Sequence record: NC_041974.1
DNA length: 64,000 nucleotides
Direction: 5' to 3' (one strand)
Under the pieces are notes generated by a model that saw nothing but the letters and a program-made list of their open reading frames with translations, was not told where the DNA came from and did not search any database. The stretch's first letter is position 1; every line of letters begins with the position of its first letter. Shown in pieces: positions 18,153 to 27,741 of this stretch. Both the position numbers and the translations under genes were made by a program.

Positions 18153-20120
18153 ATGCAAAGCTATCATTGGCGTGATCTGTTGTCGATGTCTGAGGAGCAG
18201 ATTTGGCAACTTGATCCTGCAATCAACAACCCAATCATTGAAGTGGTGGCAGAGGATGCCACCTTCAAGATTCCTGCCCGGCAGGTTATCGGTAGCTGGT
18301 ATTGCTGGCCGTTTCAAAAGCTCTATCGCAACATGGTGTTGTGTAAGCGTCATTTCATCACAGCGTTTCGTCTGTCGAACAAAACCATCCTGGGGATCAT
18401 GACCAACGGTTATCGTGATTATGATGCGATGATGAACGGCACTATCTTAGATGTCGTGGCATTAAACAGCTTGATTGCGAAAACGGCGAACCGCATTAAC
18501 AATGCGTTTGTCACCAAGATCCCGGAGTATGTCACGACCTCGGGCATGAAGCAGTATATTGAAATCGTGGATGACCCTGAGTTTAAAGCGATTCGTGATG
18601 CAATGGAACCTAACCAGAACTCGATTCGTGATGGTTATGATGCGTCACTCAAACTGCTGATGGACCCGAAGAAGTATGTCGGTAATCAGGTGGCGGAATA
18701 TGTGAAGCAAGGATCAGCATCAGCAGGTCAGGCATTACAATGTCTGGTGGTGCGTGGTTATCTGACTGACCATAACTCGCGTATCTTTGTTAAGCCGGTC
18801 ATGGGTAACTATGTCGAAGGGCTGGGTAAGTTCTACGACTCGTTCGTGGAATCACGCTCAGCAACCAAAGCGGCGTTGTTTACCAAGAAACCCCTGGAAG
18901 ACTCCGAATGGTTTAACCGTAAAATGCAGCTGGTTGCACAAGCGGTGCAGAAGATCCATCTGGGGGAAGATTGTGGGTCGACGATAACAGTGCCTATTGT
19001 TATGCGTCGTGGCTGGGCAAGTGCGATGGCCGGTACGTATTATCTGGATGATGATGGATCGTACAAAATGATCACGGAAGAGGACAAGCATCTGGAGAAC
19101 CGGTTACTCAATATCCGCTCTCCGATGTATTGTAATCATCCTGACCGTACCGGTATCTGTGAGCGGTGTTATGGGAAGTTAGCGGTGTCCATTCCGTACT
19201 TCAATGTCGAAGGGAAAGTTGGGGATAACCAGGTGATCGTGGGACACGTCAGTGCAACGGAAATCGGTGAGGATCTCTCACAGAAGATGCTGTCAACCAA
19301 ACACCTGGATACGTCCTCGACGGTAGATCCGTTTGCTATTCGTCGTGCCGATGCGTTGTATGTGAAACCAGGCTTGCGTGAAAACGCCATTCGCCTGAAT
19401 CCACGTCTGCGTAATGAAAAGGTCACGATGAAGGTATCTTTCGACAAAACTACCGCATTATCTGATATCGCAGTTGCCGAAAACTTAGATGAAGTAGCAA
19501 CGCGTGTTTCCGGTTTCAATGAGATCGTGCTGGAGTTTGAGCGTGAAGATGGGGGTAAAGAGTCTATCCCAATCAACACCACCCAGGGTTCTCGTCAGGG
19601 TCAATTCACTGTCGACTTCCTGCGTTACTTGCAGCGCGTAAGCTGGACGAGTGCGGACAAAGATTATATCTCTATCCGTCTGGATCAATTTGAATATGAT
19701 TGCGATGTGGTTGAATTGCCGTTAGTGCATGAAGACATGATGGCGTATCAGAAACAGATTGAATCCTACATCCGTTTCAGTAAGGAATCAGCGAACTGGA
19801 AAAACAAGTTTGTCACGCCGGATGAAGTGGGTGTGGTACTGGATGAGTTCTTCTCGTTACTGCGTCAGCGTTTGGGTGTGAACATTGTTCATGCACAGAT
19901 CATGCTGTATTCAGTGATGACCATGGACCCAGCCAAAGGCGACTATCGTCTTCCGCGGGCGTATGAACCACGGCAGTTCTCTTCCTATCACGAATGTATC
20001 GAGTACCGTTCTCTCTCGGTCCAGCTCGTGTATCAGGAACAGGCTGCGGTGATGCTGAAGCCGTCCACTTTCCTCAATGACAAACGACAACCGCACCCGA
20101 TGGATGAAATCTTCAAATAA
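18153..20120 (+). CDS. rpoC: nvRNAP beta' subunit, C-terminal part (phiKZ gp74 type)
   Basis: GSASAGQALQC, bridge-helix-like SRSATKAALFTK, EDCG, CERCYG, trigger loop SATEIGEDLSQKMLSTKH. Confidence 0.93.
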   Translation: MQSYHWRDLLSMSEEQIWQLDPAINNPIIEVVAEDATFKIPARQVIGSWYCWPFQKLYRNMVLCKRHFITAFRLSNKTILGIMTNGYRDYDAMMNGTILDVVALNSLIAKTANRINNAFVTKIPEYVTTSGMKQYIEIVDDPEFKAIRDAMEPNQNSIRDGYDASLKLLMDPKKYVGNQVAEYVKQGSASAGQALQCLVVRGYLTDHNSRIFVKPVMGNYVEGLGKFYDSFVESRSATKAALFTKKPLEDSEWFNRKMQLVAQAVQKIHLGEDCGSTITVPIVMRRGWASAMAGTYYLDDDGSYKMITEEDKHLENRLLNIRSPMYCNHPDRTGICERCYGKLAVSIPYFNVEGKVGDNQVIVGHVSATEIGEDLSQKMLSTKHLDTSSTVDPFAIRRADALYVKPGLRENAIRLNPRLRNEKVTMKVSFDKTTALSDIAVAENLDEVATRVSGFNEIVLEFEREDGGKESIPINTTQGSRQGQFTVDFLRYLQRVSWTSADKDYISIRLDQFEYDCDVVELPLVHEDMMAYQKQIESYIRFSKESANWKNKFVTPDEVGVVLDEFFSLLRQRLGVNIVHAQIMLYSVMTMDPAKGDYRLPRAYEPRQFSSYHECIEYRSLSVQLVYQEQAAVMLKPSTFLNDKRQPHPMDEIFK

Positions 20121-20134
20121 GTAAGAGGTTGGCG

Positions 20135-21682
20135 ATGCGCAATACTGCGACAATCACTATCAATAGTCACGGCTTTACAGTCTCTGATTATAATAGTGAG
20201 TTCTACGAGAAGTTGAAGTTGTATTGCGCTCGTTTTGTCAAAACAAAAATGGTCTCTAAGGTCGTCCACGGACGGAGGATCTTGGCTAAAGAAAATGACC
20301 GTGTTTTTGCGAGCGCTCTAAGCAACCGTCGAGAGATCCGCTTTCACATCAACTGCTATGAAGAGTTCAAACGTCATATGCAGCAGTGGGGATATAATGT
20401 CTCCCGCTTTAAGGAAGTGCGAACACCAATTCCAGAAGGCAAAGATGCTAACTTCGAATTCAAGTTCGAAGGTGTGCAGCCCCGTGAGCATCAAGTGGAA
20501 TGGTTGGAGTACCAGTTAAATAAAGACCAGGGTGAAGTCACCACAAAGATCAATACCTTGCAAACCGGTAAGGGAAAGAGCTTCTGCGGTATTTACAACA
20601 TGGTCAAGCTGGGAAAAGTAACGGTCATTGTCATCATGCCAAAATACATCAATACGTGGATTGTGGCGCTGAATGACTTTGTCAAGTTAGGTGAGAAAGA
20701 TATCATGGTGGTGCAAGGCTCGGGTGAACTCAACGGCTGCATGAAGTTGGCTGAAGAAGGTAAGCTTGAATCCCGCATCATTATCATCAGTCTCCCCACC
20801 TTCCAATATTACATGTCGGAGTATGAAGATAACAACGGCGTGATGACGCATTACAACTACACACCTGATCAATTCTGGGCGATGATCCAACCCGGGTTCC
20901 TCATTGTCGATGAAGGCCATGAGTCAATCCACGCGCTGTTCAAGTTCGACCTTTACACCCATGTCAAAAATAAACTGGTACTCTCGGCCACCCTTGAGGC
21001 GGATGACCAGTTTATTAACGACATGTACTTTGTCATCTACCCGAATAAAATCAGGTTCCGTGGTGGCGAGTATGATAAGTACATCGAAGCGATCGCCTTG
21101 ATGTATGGACTGGTGAGTAATAAGAAGGTCAAGACCAAAGGCTTCGGCGGGACGTATAACCACGTCAAGTTTGAGCAGAGCATCATGAAAGACAAGCAGC
21201 TGTTGAAGACGTACCTTACGCTCATCAACAAGGTGTTCTCCTTCTTCTTTATTAAAGTGAAGGAACCCGAACAACGCTGCCTCATTTATTGTGCCACGGT
21301 CGAGATGTGTTTGTACGTGACGGATTATCTGAGCAGTATTCATGATACCCTGATCGTGCGTAAGTATACCCAGGAAGACCCGAAAGAATCGTTGTATGAA
21401 TCTGACGTGAGTGTTTCGACACTGAAGTCAGCCGGTACCGGTGTGGATATCCCAGGACTCCGCACTTGCATCATGACGATCGCGATTGGGTCACGGCAAG
21501 CCAGTGATCAGGCATTGGGACGACTGCGGCGGTTGAAAGACTACCCGGACACCATCCCGACGTTTGTTTACTTCGCCTGCACGGGTATCGAAGCACACAT
21601 GAAATACCACAGCAAGAAACTCGAACTCTTCCCAGTGAAGACGTTGAGTCTGCGTGAGGTGAACAGCGGCTTCTCGTTATAA
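20135..21682 (+). CDS. SF2 DExH helicase (phiKZ gp75 type)
   Basis: Walker A QTGKGKS, Walker B IVDEGH, motif III SAT, motif VI QALGRLRR. Confidence 0.92.
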   Translation: MRNTATITINSHGFTVSDYNSEFYEKLKLYCARFVKTKMVSKVVHGRRILAKENDRVFASALSNRREIRFHINCYEEFKRHMQQWGYNVSRFKEVRTPIPEGKDANFEFKFEGVQPREHQVEWLEYQLNKDQGEVTTKINTLQTGKGKSFCGIYNMVKLGKVTVIVIMPKYINTWIVALNDFVKLGEKDIMVVQGSGELNGCMKLAEEGKLESRIIIISLPTFQYYMSEYEDNNGVMTHYNYTPDQFWAMIQPGFLIVDEGHESIHALFKFDLYTHVKNKLVLSATLEADDQFINDMYFVIYPNKIRFRGGEYDKYIEAIALMYGLVSNKKVKTKGFGGTYNHVKFEQSIMKDKQLLKTYLTLINKVFSFFFIKVKEPEQRCLIYCATVEMCLYVTDYLSSIHDTLIVRKYTQEDPKESLYESDVSVSTLKSAGTGVDIPGLRTCIMTIAIGSRQASDQALGRLRRLKDYPDTIPTFVYFACTGIEAHMKYHSKKLELFPVKTLSLREVNSGFSL

Positions 21683-21694
21683 ACTGACTGTGTA

Positions 21695-21731
21695 AAAGAC
21701 CAGGGGGATTACTCCTTGGTCTTTTATGCTT
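21695..21731 (+). terminator. Intrinsic terminator ending the core operon
   Basis: AAAGACCAGGGG...CCTTGGTCTTT stem, then TTATGCTT and T-rich run. Confidence 0.75.
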
Positions 21732-21766
21732 TCTTTCCTTTTCTTTTTGTTAAGGATACACAGCTT

Positions 21767-22093
21767 ATGAATGGTAACCGGCCAGTAATGGTGATTGGCA
21801 GCATGGGGTTGAGTCCTGCATTGATTGAGCGCTTACGACAGTTAGACGACCTGGAGATCAAGTTGGTGGCCGATGTGGCAATCAGTGATATCCTGGAGTT
21901 TGAACCGGGTTATGCTCGCGGCTTGGTTCAGGCGATTCAGCATCAGCAACAACGTGAGTGGAATCCCTTCCGGGAAAGCTACTGGGATAACTTCATTACC
22001 CTGCGACGTAAAGAAGTCAACGGACATACCCGCATTCCTCCCAAGAAAGCCACCTGCAGCTCCCGTCGTAAGGGACGGAGGTTCAAGGGATGA
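21767..22093 (+). CDS. Hypothetical protein with basic C-tail
   Basis: SD AAGGA before ATG 21767; ends SSRRKGRRFKG. Confidence 0.7.
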   Translation: MNGNRPVMVIGSMGLSPALIERLRQLDDLEIKLVADVAISDILEFEPGYARGLVQAIQHQQQREWNPFRESYWDNFITLRRKEVNGHTRIPPKKATCSSRRKGRRFKG

Positions 22094-22413
22094 GCGAGAT
22101 CGATTATCGTGCATTGAAGTATTGTGTCACCAAGGTTAGTCGGCGTATCCGCGACGGGGATTCCCGTAACGCGTCACGTTGCCTCTTCCAGTATGTTGAG
22201 ACGCATGCCGCATTACAAGACATGGCCGCCATTGATCGTCTTTTAGCACAGTGCCGAGAAAATAAGGTACCCCTAAAAGAGATCAACAAAGTCTCGTTAC
22301 TGCGTGCATGCTCATGTTTACGCCCCCACCTTACAGAGTATCAGTCGTGTATGGACCTGTGGCGCCAGGACATTAAAGCGGCGGGTATGGAAAACTTATT
22401 AATAGGATTGTGA
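22090..22413 (+). CDS. Hypothetical protein
   Basis: ATGA coupling, SD AAGGG. Confidence 0.7.
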   Translation: MSEIDYRALKYCVTKVSRRIRDGDSRNASRCLFQYVETHAALQDMAAIDRLLAQCRENKVPLKEINKVSLLRACSCLRPHLTEYQSCMDLWRQDIKAAGMENLLIGL

Positions 22414-22414
22414 C

Positions 22415-22777
22415 ATGTCTGATTATTGTGCGGATATCTTTAAAGCGATCAGTTGCAAAACCCCCACCAAAGGCAGTGAACTTTACATCGATGATTTCGG
22501 TGATCTGTGGATGTTGATTCCCAAGCTTAACCGCTTCGGTGAACAGTCAGTGTTTCGTCAGTATGCCGGTAACCTTGCGTTGATGGCTGACCGCGGGCAG
22601 ATGTATCAGGGTCAGTTATATGTGTGTGAGTTGATCCCGGGATATCACTTGGTGTTAACCAACCAAGCCGTGATGGTCAACCAATACAGCCTGGTGCAGT
22701 ATGTGAAGACCCGTGCTGCGAAAGTGGAAGCGCGCTACCGTAAGAAACCCAAGCCGATGAGCCGAGCTTACGCGTAA
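22415..22777 (+). CDS. Hypothetical protein
   Basis: Starts 2 nt after the previous stop; 120 aa. Confidence 0.7.
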   Translation: MSDYCADIFKAISCKTPTKGSELYIDDFGDLWMLIPKLNRFGEQSVFRQYAGNLALMADRGQMYQGQLYVCELIPGYHLVLTNQAVMVNQYSLVQYVKTRAAKVEARYRKKPKPMSRAYA

Positions 22778-22807
22778 GCAACCTGACTGACAAGAAAGGA
22801 TAGACCT

Positions 22808-23317
22808 ATGTTCGAATGGTTCTCTGTGTTATTGATGAAGTGGCAGACCCGAAAGGAAAAGAAACACAACAGGACAGTGCGGGTAGAACCGGTGGTGTTT
22901 GAACCGCAACTCAAACCCACCCCGCAGCCGTTGAGTAACGCGTTAAAAGAAGAAGCGCAGCAGATTCGGGACACCCTGCTGTTTGAGTCGCCGTTGAATA
23001 AATCCCGACCGATCCCGACCAAACCCACCTTACGGGTAGTAAGACCCAGTACAAGCTCCTCACGCCCACACGGTAAGGCGAACGATGACAGCATGCTAAC
23101 ACATGCCTTATTGATGCAGCAGGTGTTAGCAGACGATACAGCGGCGTCTGATCGTCATCATCGTACCCATACCCCTCAGGATAACCACCGCCATGAAGAC
23201 CGACCCTCGTACCATTCCACGCCCACTCATCATAGCAGCCCTAGTAGTAGTCGCGATGATGATAACGGGAGTAATGATTACAGTAGCGGACCTAGTGACA
23301 GCGGTTCGTCTGATTAA
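22808..23317 (+). CDS. Hypothetical protein with H/S/D-rich disordered C-terminus
   Basis: SD AAGGA; tail HHRTHT...HSTPTHHSSPSSSRDDDNGSNDYSSGPSDSGSSD. Confidence 0.7.
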   Translation: MFEWFSVLLMKWQTRKEKKHNRTVRVEPVVFEPQLKPTPQPLSNALKEEAQQIRDTLLFESPLNKSRPIPTKPTLRVVRPSTSSSRPHGKANDDSMLTHALLMQQVLADDTAASDRHHRTHTPQDNHRHEDRPSYHSTPTHHSSPSSSRDDDNGSNDYSSGPSDSGSSD

Positions 23318-23356
23318 CACCCTCGATTAACCTTACGTAATAAGGAACGCCTCACC

Positions 23357-24265
23357 ATGACAGATCCCCACCCCATTCTCGCCGCAGCCATCGGAGAGCC
23401 CCAGGATGACGATTGCTGGGATTTTCCGGGCGAGACTGTTGTTGGTCACGGTGACTTGATGTACACCAACGTCCATAAGCCTCAGGCGTTATGGAACGGT
23501 GTTATCCGGTCACTGCGAAAACGTTTCCTTACTGAGCCATCAATTAACCAAAAGGATACTTGTATGACCGAGCAATACAAGCCATTACCTGACACCGGGT
23601 ACCAAAACCCTTTCTGCGAGCCCGATGCTCTCAACACAAACGACCGGATTTATCCCCGCAAGAGTCTGGTGGCCTTACTGGAGAAATTCCCCTCCGATAA
23701 TTTTCGTGGAACACCCGCAGTTCGCTATCCTTTTATGCGCCGTCTGGCGGTGTTGTTTAAGATAGCGTTCTTACAGACCAGCCTTGACCAGAAAGCTTTA
23801 TCCTTGAATACACGCCAGACCGGTAAGCCACGGATCACGCAACATTCATTAACCAGTATCTGTAATTTAATGCACCAGCTGCATTATGAGCTCAGAGAGC
23901 TTCAGTATCAGAACCCCAATCCGATTGACCTGACCCGTTACCTGAAACTTTTAACCGGTAAGGATGTCTGGGAGAAGCCGGCTGTGGCTGCGTGGGCTAG
24001 TGAATTTACCGAGCTCTATTTTCATAGACATCAAGCAGGTGTTGGTAAGTCAATGTTCTACAACATGCTACCAAAAATCAAACTGCACCTGGCGGGTATT
24101 CATGCGACGTTCGGTGGTCGGCCGTGGATCTATGAGAGTAATTGCAGGGGTCCTGCTGGCTTCTGGCCTGCCACGATTGAATACGGCATGGCGCATAATG
24201 GACCGGCCATCACTGCTCAGTTAAATCGCGAGCGTCTGGTGAAACCTAAGAAAGGAAAAGCATAA
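23357..24265 (+). CDS. Hypothetical protein
   Basis: SD AAGGA; 302 aa; possible second start at MTEQY. Confidence 0.7.
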   Translation: MTDPHPILAAAIGEPQDDDCWDFPGETVVGHGDLMYTNVHKPQALWNGVIRSLRKRFLTEPSINQKDTCMTEQYKPLPDTGYQNPFCEPDALNTNDRIYPRKSLVALLEKFPSDNFRGTPAVRYPFMRRLAVLFKIAFLQTSLDQKALSLNTRQTGKPRITQHSLTSICNLMHQLHYELRELQYQNPNPIDLTRYLKLLTGKDVWEKPAVAAWASEFTELYFHRHQAGVGKSMFYNMLPKIKLHLAGIHATFGGRPWIYESNCRGPAGFWPATIEYGMAHNGPAITAQLNRERLVKPKKGKA

Positions 24266-25404
24266 TGGCACTGGATCAAGAGTATTATGAAAAGGCATTG
24301 GGCATCCTACTGACCAAAGGTTTCTCTAACCAAGAAGCTGACCAGATCGCCACCACGCTTTCGGTATATCTCCCGATGCGTTTCATCAAAGCTGGTGTAT
24401 GGGCACTCATGCCTTACGACCAGCATCCGGCTGATTCCCTGGCATTTAAACACATGCGGCTACTTGACCGTATCCCTGAGTTAAAGAAACCAGTGATCCT
24501 TCAAATGCCGACTGACTTTACTTACACCACGTATGGTCAGGAGTATTGCCCTGGTGCTGACGCACCGACATACACCACAGGGCCCGATGGTTATACACAT
24601 CATCCGGTTGGTTGGGAAAGTGGGATTACTGGCATGCCAGGCGTAATGGGTCCGGCTGGGGATGACAATATTGAAGTCAGTGATCTGACCTGTGATCGCC
24701 CCCAAAGCGATTTTAGACTATCGTTACCTGCCGAATCAATGGTTAGACAGTTTACCGTCGTCATGCGGGTTGGTGGTAAACCTATTAAAATGACGCTGGA
24801 AGAACTCATCCAGGAAATTGGAGGTTATGACAAACTTCCTGCTTCTGCACGTGCTGCGATTGATCGTGTTATGGAAGAGCATCGCAATGCCCCTGTATCT
24901 ACCGTATCTGTGCGTACACCCTTACCAGGCGGAGTATCTCAGGAGCAAGCTGACTATCTGAAACTGGGCGACCTCAGCGACATCGAAGGGATCAAACGGG
25001 CTTACCCGATCATCGACGAGAAAACAGCTGAACGGATGTCTAAGTTACATTGTCAGCTTAATCAGCATATCGCGCGGGTTCATCGTGAGCCGAGAGACGT
25101 TGAGGTATTTGATCTGCTTGCGGGCGATCACTCTCAGCGGATATTCCAATCTCGACATGCTAAACGTCAGTACCCAAACAGTTTGTTTGAGAAGTTCCTG
25201 CCGGATCAAGCAGACATCGGTGAACCCGAGGGCATGACTGTTAAAATCAAAACCCACAGTGTACGTCACTTCGGTCACGGTCTTGAAATTAGCACGCCTT
25301 TGTTTGGCCAATCCCACAAAAACCCTACAGGCCCCCAAACCATGCCGGGGCTTGAGAAAGGCCGTGATGGCAAACGTAAACGTAACAAGAAGGGCAAACG
25401 ATGA
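24265..25404 (+). CDS. Hypothetical protein with basic C-tail
   Basis: TAATG coupling; ends GKRKRNKKGKR. Confidence 0.75.
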   Translation: MALDQEYYEKALGILLTKGFSNQEADQIATTLSVYLPMRFIKAGVWALMPYDQHPADSLAFKHMRLLDRIPELKKPVILQMPTDFTYTTYGQEYCPGADAPTYTTGPDGYTHHPVGWESGITGMPGVMGPAGDDNIEVSDLTCDRPQSDFRLSLPAESMVRQFTVVMRVGGKPIKMTLEELIQEIGGYDKLPASARAAIDRVMEEHRNAPVSTVSVRTPLPGGVSQEQADYLKLGDLSDIEGIKRAYPIIDEKTAERMSKLHCQLNQHIARVHREPRDVEVFDLLAGDHSQRIFQSRHAKRQYPNSLFEKFLPDQADIGEPEGMTVKIKTHSVRHFGHGLEISTPLFGQSHKNPTGPQTMPGLEKGRDGKRKRNKKGKR

Positions 25405-26174
25405 TCGATCGCAGTTTTGAAGGTGGCTGGGAGTCTATACTGCAATGGCATGGGTTTGCTGATCGTGCTAAACAGGGGCTGTCTGAGCACTTTGTTATCG
25501 TGGATTACGGAACCCTGGCAGAGGCCGCCGCTTTTGAGCAATTGACGGCGTTGGCGGAGAAAGTGAAGTATGTCTCAGTCGAGCGAGTTAAAGCCGTTGA
25601 CTTTACCCCGACGCTTGTACGTACGCTACATGAACGTGAACATGGCTGGCATTACTGTCATGTCATGGGGCGATGTGGTTACGGCGGTCATGGGATAATG
25701 ATCGGCGCTAATGGCGGCTGGACAGGCGCACACGGCGGTGCAGGTGATGCAGGCCCGCCCTCAACACCTGATGATGGCTCGATACTATACCAGACAGATT
25801 ACAGTAGTCCCGGAATCCAGGGCCGAGGATTTACTACGCTGCAAGACATGATGGAAAACGCCAGCCCTTACGATTACCCTCGGGAGATTCGTATAGTAGG
25901 GGATCGGCATGACCCGGATATCAAAGCGTTAACGCAGGTAGTGATAAAGCTTGTTGGGCGTCGAGCTATCAAAGTAGTTAGCATACCGCATGCCGACATG
26001 ATGTATAGACCCGGCCCGCACCGAACGTATAACCTCGCGCCGGAGAAATACCGGGAGCGATTTGACATTGCTTATAAACAAGCATTAGAAAATGTCAACA
26101 AGGCGGCTACCCTGCCGTATGCCCGTGGGCCATTGCAGTCTGTTCTGGCGACTCAACGCAAGAAACACTTTTAA
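25401..26174 (+). CDS. Hypothetical protein with central Gly-rich segment
   Basis: ATGA coupling; 257 aa. Confidence 0.7.
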   Translation: MIDRSFEGGWESILQWHGFADRAKQGLSEHFVIVDYGTLAEAAAFEQLTALAEKVKYVSVERVKAVDFTPTLVRTLHEREHGWHYCHVMGRCGYGGHGIMIGANGGWTGAHGGAGDAGPPSTPDDGSILYQTDYSSPGIQGRGFTTLQDMMENASPYDYPREIRIVGDRHDPDIKALTQVVIKLVGRRAIKVVSIPHADMMYRPGPHRTYNLAPEKYRERFDIAYKQALENVNKAATLPYARGPLQSVLATQRKKHF

Positions 26175-26201
26175 TCAGTTCCCCTCAACAGGAGAGTAAC
26201 C

Positions 26202-26507
26202 ATGTGTAACATGCGATCGGATTGGTTTGTAGAAGACGAACCGTCCATGAAGGAAAGTGATCCGCATTTCGACAATAAAGCAATGGATGGCTTGATGGCA
26301 AAAATCCGTGACTTTGTTAAAGAGAGTGATGCGGCGACCTATGTCCCGCAAGCCCTGTTTGGCGAAGCCGGTAAAGTTAACCTGTCCAAAGTGGCAGCAG
26401 TAACCCGTCCGGTCGATCACCTCATTACCCTGAACCCAGTGGCCAATGACGGTGATGTGTATCTGGACTTCGCGCGAGGGAAGCGACGTGGATACAAACC
26501 CCACTGA
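26202..26507 (+). CDS. Hypothetical protein
   Basis: SD AGGAG. Confidence 0.65.
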   Translation: MCNMRSDWFVEDEPSMKESDPHFDNKAMDGLMAKIRDFVKESDAATYVPQALFGEAGKVNLSKVAAVTRPVDHLITLNPVANDGDVYLDFARGKRRGYKPH

Positions 26508-26718
26508 AGTTAACATCGAGCAGGCCAATCGTTATGAGGGGTCTACCGATGATTTGGTCCAGCAAGCTAATGATCGTGGTTTTCTCCAGGGGTTTCGTAT
26601 CACTTCTGGCGAGGACATCGATCCAAGCATTTGGACGCCTGAGAAGATCGAAAAGTTGAAAGCTGCACTTCGACATATTCGTGACTCAGAACAACGCATC
26701 AAAGGTAGCCAGGGGTAA
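26488..26718 (+). CDS. Small hypothetical protein
   Basis: GTG 26488 with SD GAGGGA; followed by hairpin+TTATGCCG. Confidence 0.55.
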   Translation: MDTNPTEVNIEQANRYEGSTDDLVQQANDRGFLQGFRITSGEDIDPSIWTPEKIEKLKAALRHIRDSEQRIKGSQG

Positions 26719-26756
26719 CACCCTGGCTTTATGCCGGTTTAACGAGGACGTGTAAC

Positions 26757-27212
26757 ATGGAATCGAGCGGTTTGATTACGCTGGCAATGCTCTTTTTAAC
26801 CTTCGTCATCGGGTTGTGTTGTTGGCTGACACGTTTTGTTCGCTATCACACCAACCGCTACACCGTTGACACCAAGAAGGCGTTAAAGCAATTTGCCTGC
26901 AAGCTTGAAAGAGTACTGGATGTCCCGCAGCCGTATTCGCTGGCACAAAGCGAAATGACAAGGCTGGATAATGAACTGAACGCTTCTCTCTTCCTCTTTG
27001 AAGAGATCACAGGGAAGATCCACGATGAAACCAGTCGACTGTACCTGGAGTCAAGTTTCATGGTGGTGCGCGGCACTCAACACGATACCCCGATTCGTAT
27101 CTGTGTGGCGAACACAATCTTCAGCCTGTCAACGACTAACCACAATCACCACAGCGTCATGAAGGTCATCAACGACTTTAATAACCGCTTGGCTAAAATT
27201 GTAGAAAGTTAA
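26757..27212 (+). CDS. Membrane-anchored hypothetical protein
   Basis: SD GAGGA; N-terminal TM LITLAMLFLTFVIGLCCWL. Confidence 0.7.
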   Translation: MESSGLITLAMLFLTFVIGLCCWLTRFVRYHTNRYTVDTKKALKQFACKLERVLDVPQPYSLAQSEMTRLDNELNASLFLFEEITGKIHDETSRLYLESSFMVVRGTQHDTPIRICVANTIFSLSTTNHNHHSVMKVINDFNNRLAKIVES

Positions 27213-27214
27213 GC

Positions 27215-27251
27215 ACAGAAAAACTCAGACCTATATCACGCCCGTGATAGA
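27215..27251 (+). promoter_or_regulatory. Putative early promoter, repeat copy 3, with perfect TATCAC-N4-GTGATA palindrome
   Basis: ACAGAAAAACTCAGACCTATATCACGCCCGTGATAGA. Confidence 0.7.
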
Positions 27252-27287
27252 CCCCTCAACCCCCATTAATCTTAAGTGAGTTCAATC

Positions 27288-27728
27288 ATGAAATACGTTT
27301 ACGCTATTATCGCTGTTCTTGGTTTCTCTTTTGTGTCTGTTGCATTTGCTGCAGATCAAACCAAAGTGGTGAAAGGCTGGTACGCCGAATACAACACGGC
27401 TTCGGTCCTGTATTCTGCTGGGCCAAAGAAAGGACAAGAATTGACCATGGAATGTGTATTAGGTGGTTGGACGTTTGCGTATGCAGACAAGATGGGTGAG
27501 GAGATAAACTCGGTCGATGATGACATGACAATCCTGGTCGACGGTGCAGCATTTGCTGTGCCGAAGACGCAGGGTCAACGTGAGAAGTTATACGCCGCCA
27601 TTCAGCATGCTAAGAGTGGCATTCAATACAAAACCCACGCCTATGGTGCGTCGGTAGTATTCCCAGTGGATGGCTTGGCCGAGATGTTTCGTGACCTGCC
27701 GTTTGAAGTCAGCCCGTGCATGAGCTAA
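27288..27728 (+). CDS. Sec-exported (periplasmic) hypothetical protein
   Basis: MKYVYAIIAVLGFSFVSVAFA|ADQ has n/h/c regions and an AxA signal peptidase I site. Confidence 0.7.
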   Translation: MKYVYAIIAVLGFSFVSVAFAADQTKVVKGWYAEYNTASVLYSAGPKKGQELTMECVLGGWTFAYADKMGEEINSVDDDMTILVDGAAFAVPKTQGQREKLYAAIQHAKSGIQYKTHAYGASVVFPVDGLAEMFRDLPFEVSPCMS

Positions 27729-27741
27729 AAGGAAAACAATT

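Noticed and set aside
24610-24665. Collagen-like G-X-Y stretch (GITGMPGVMGPAG)
   Set aside because: Only about four triplets, too short for a stable triple helix.
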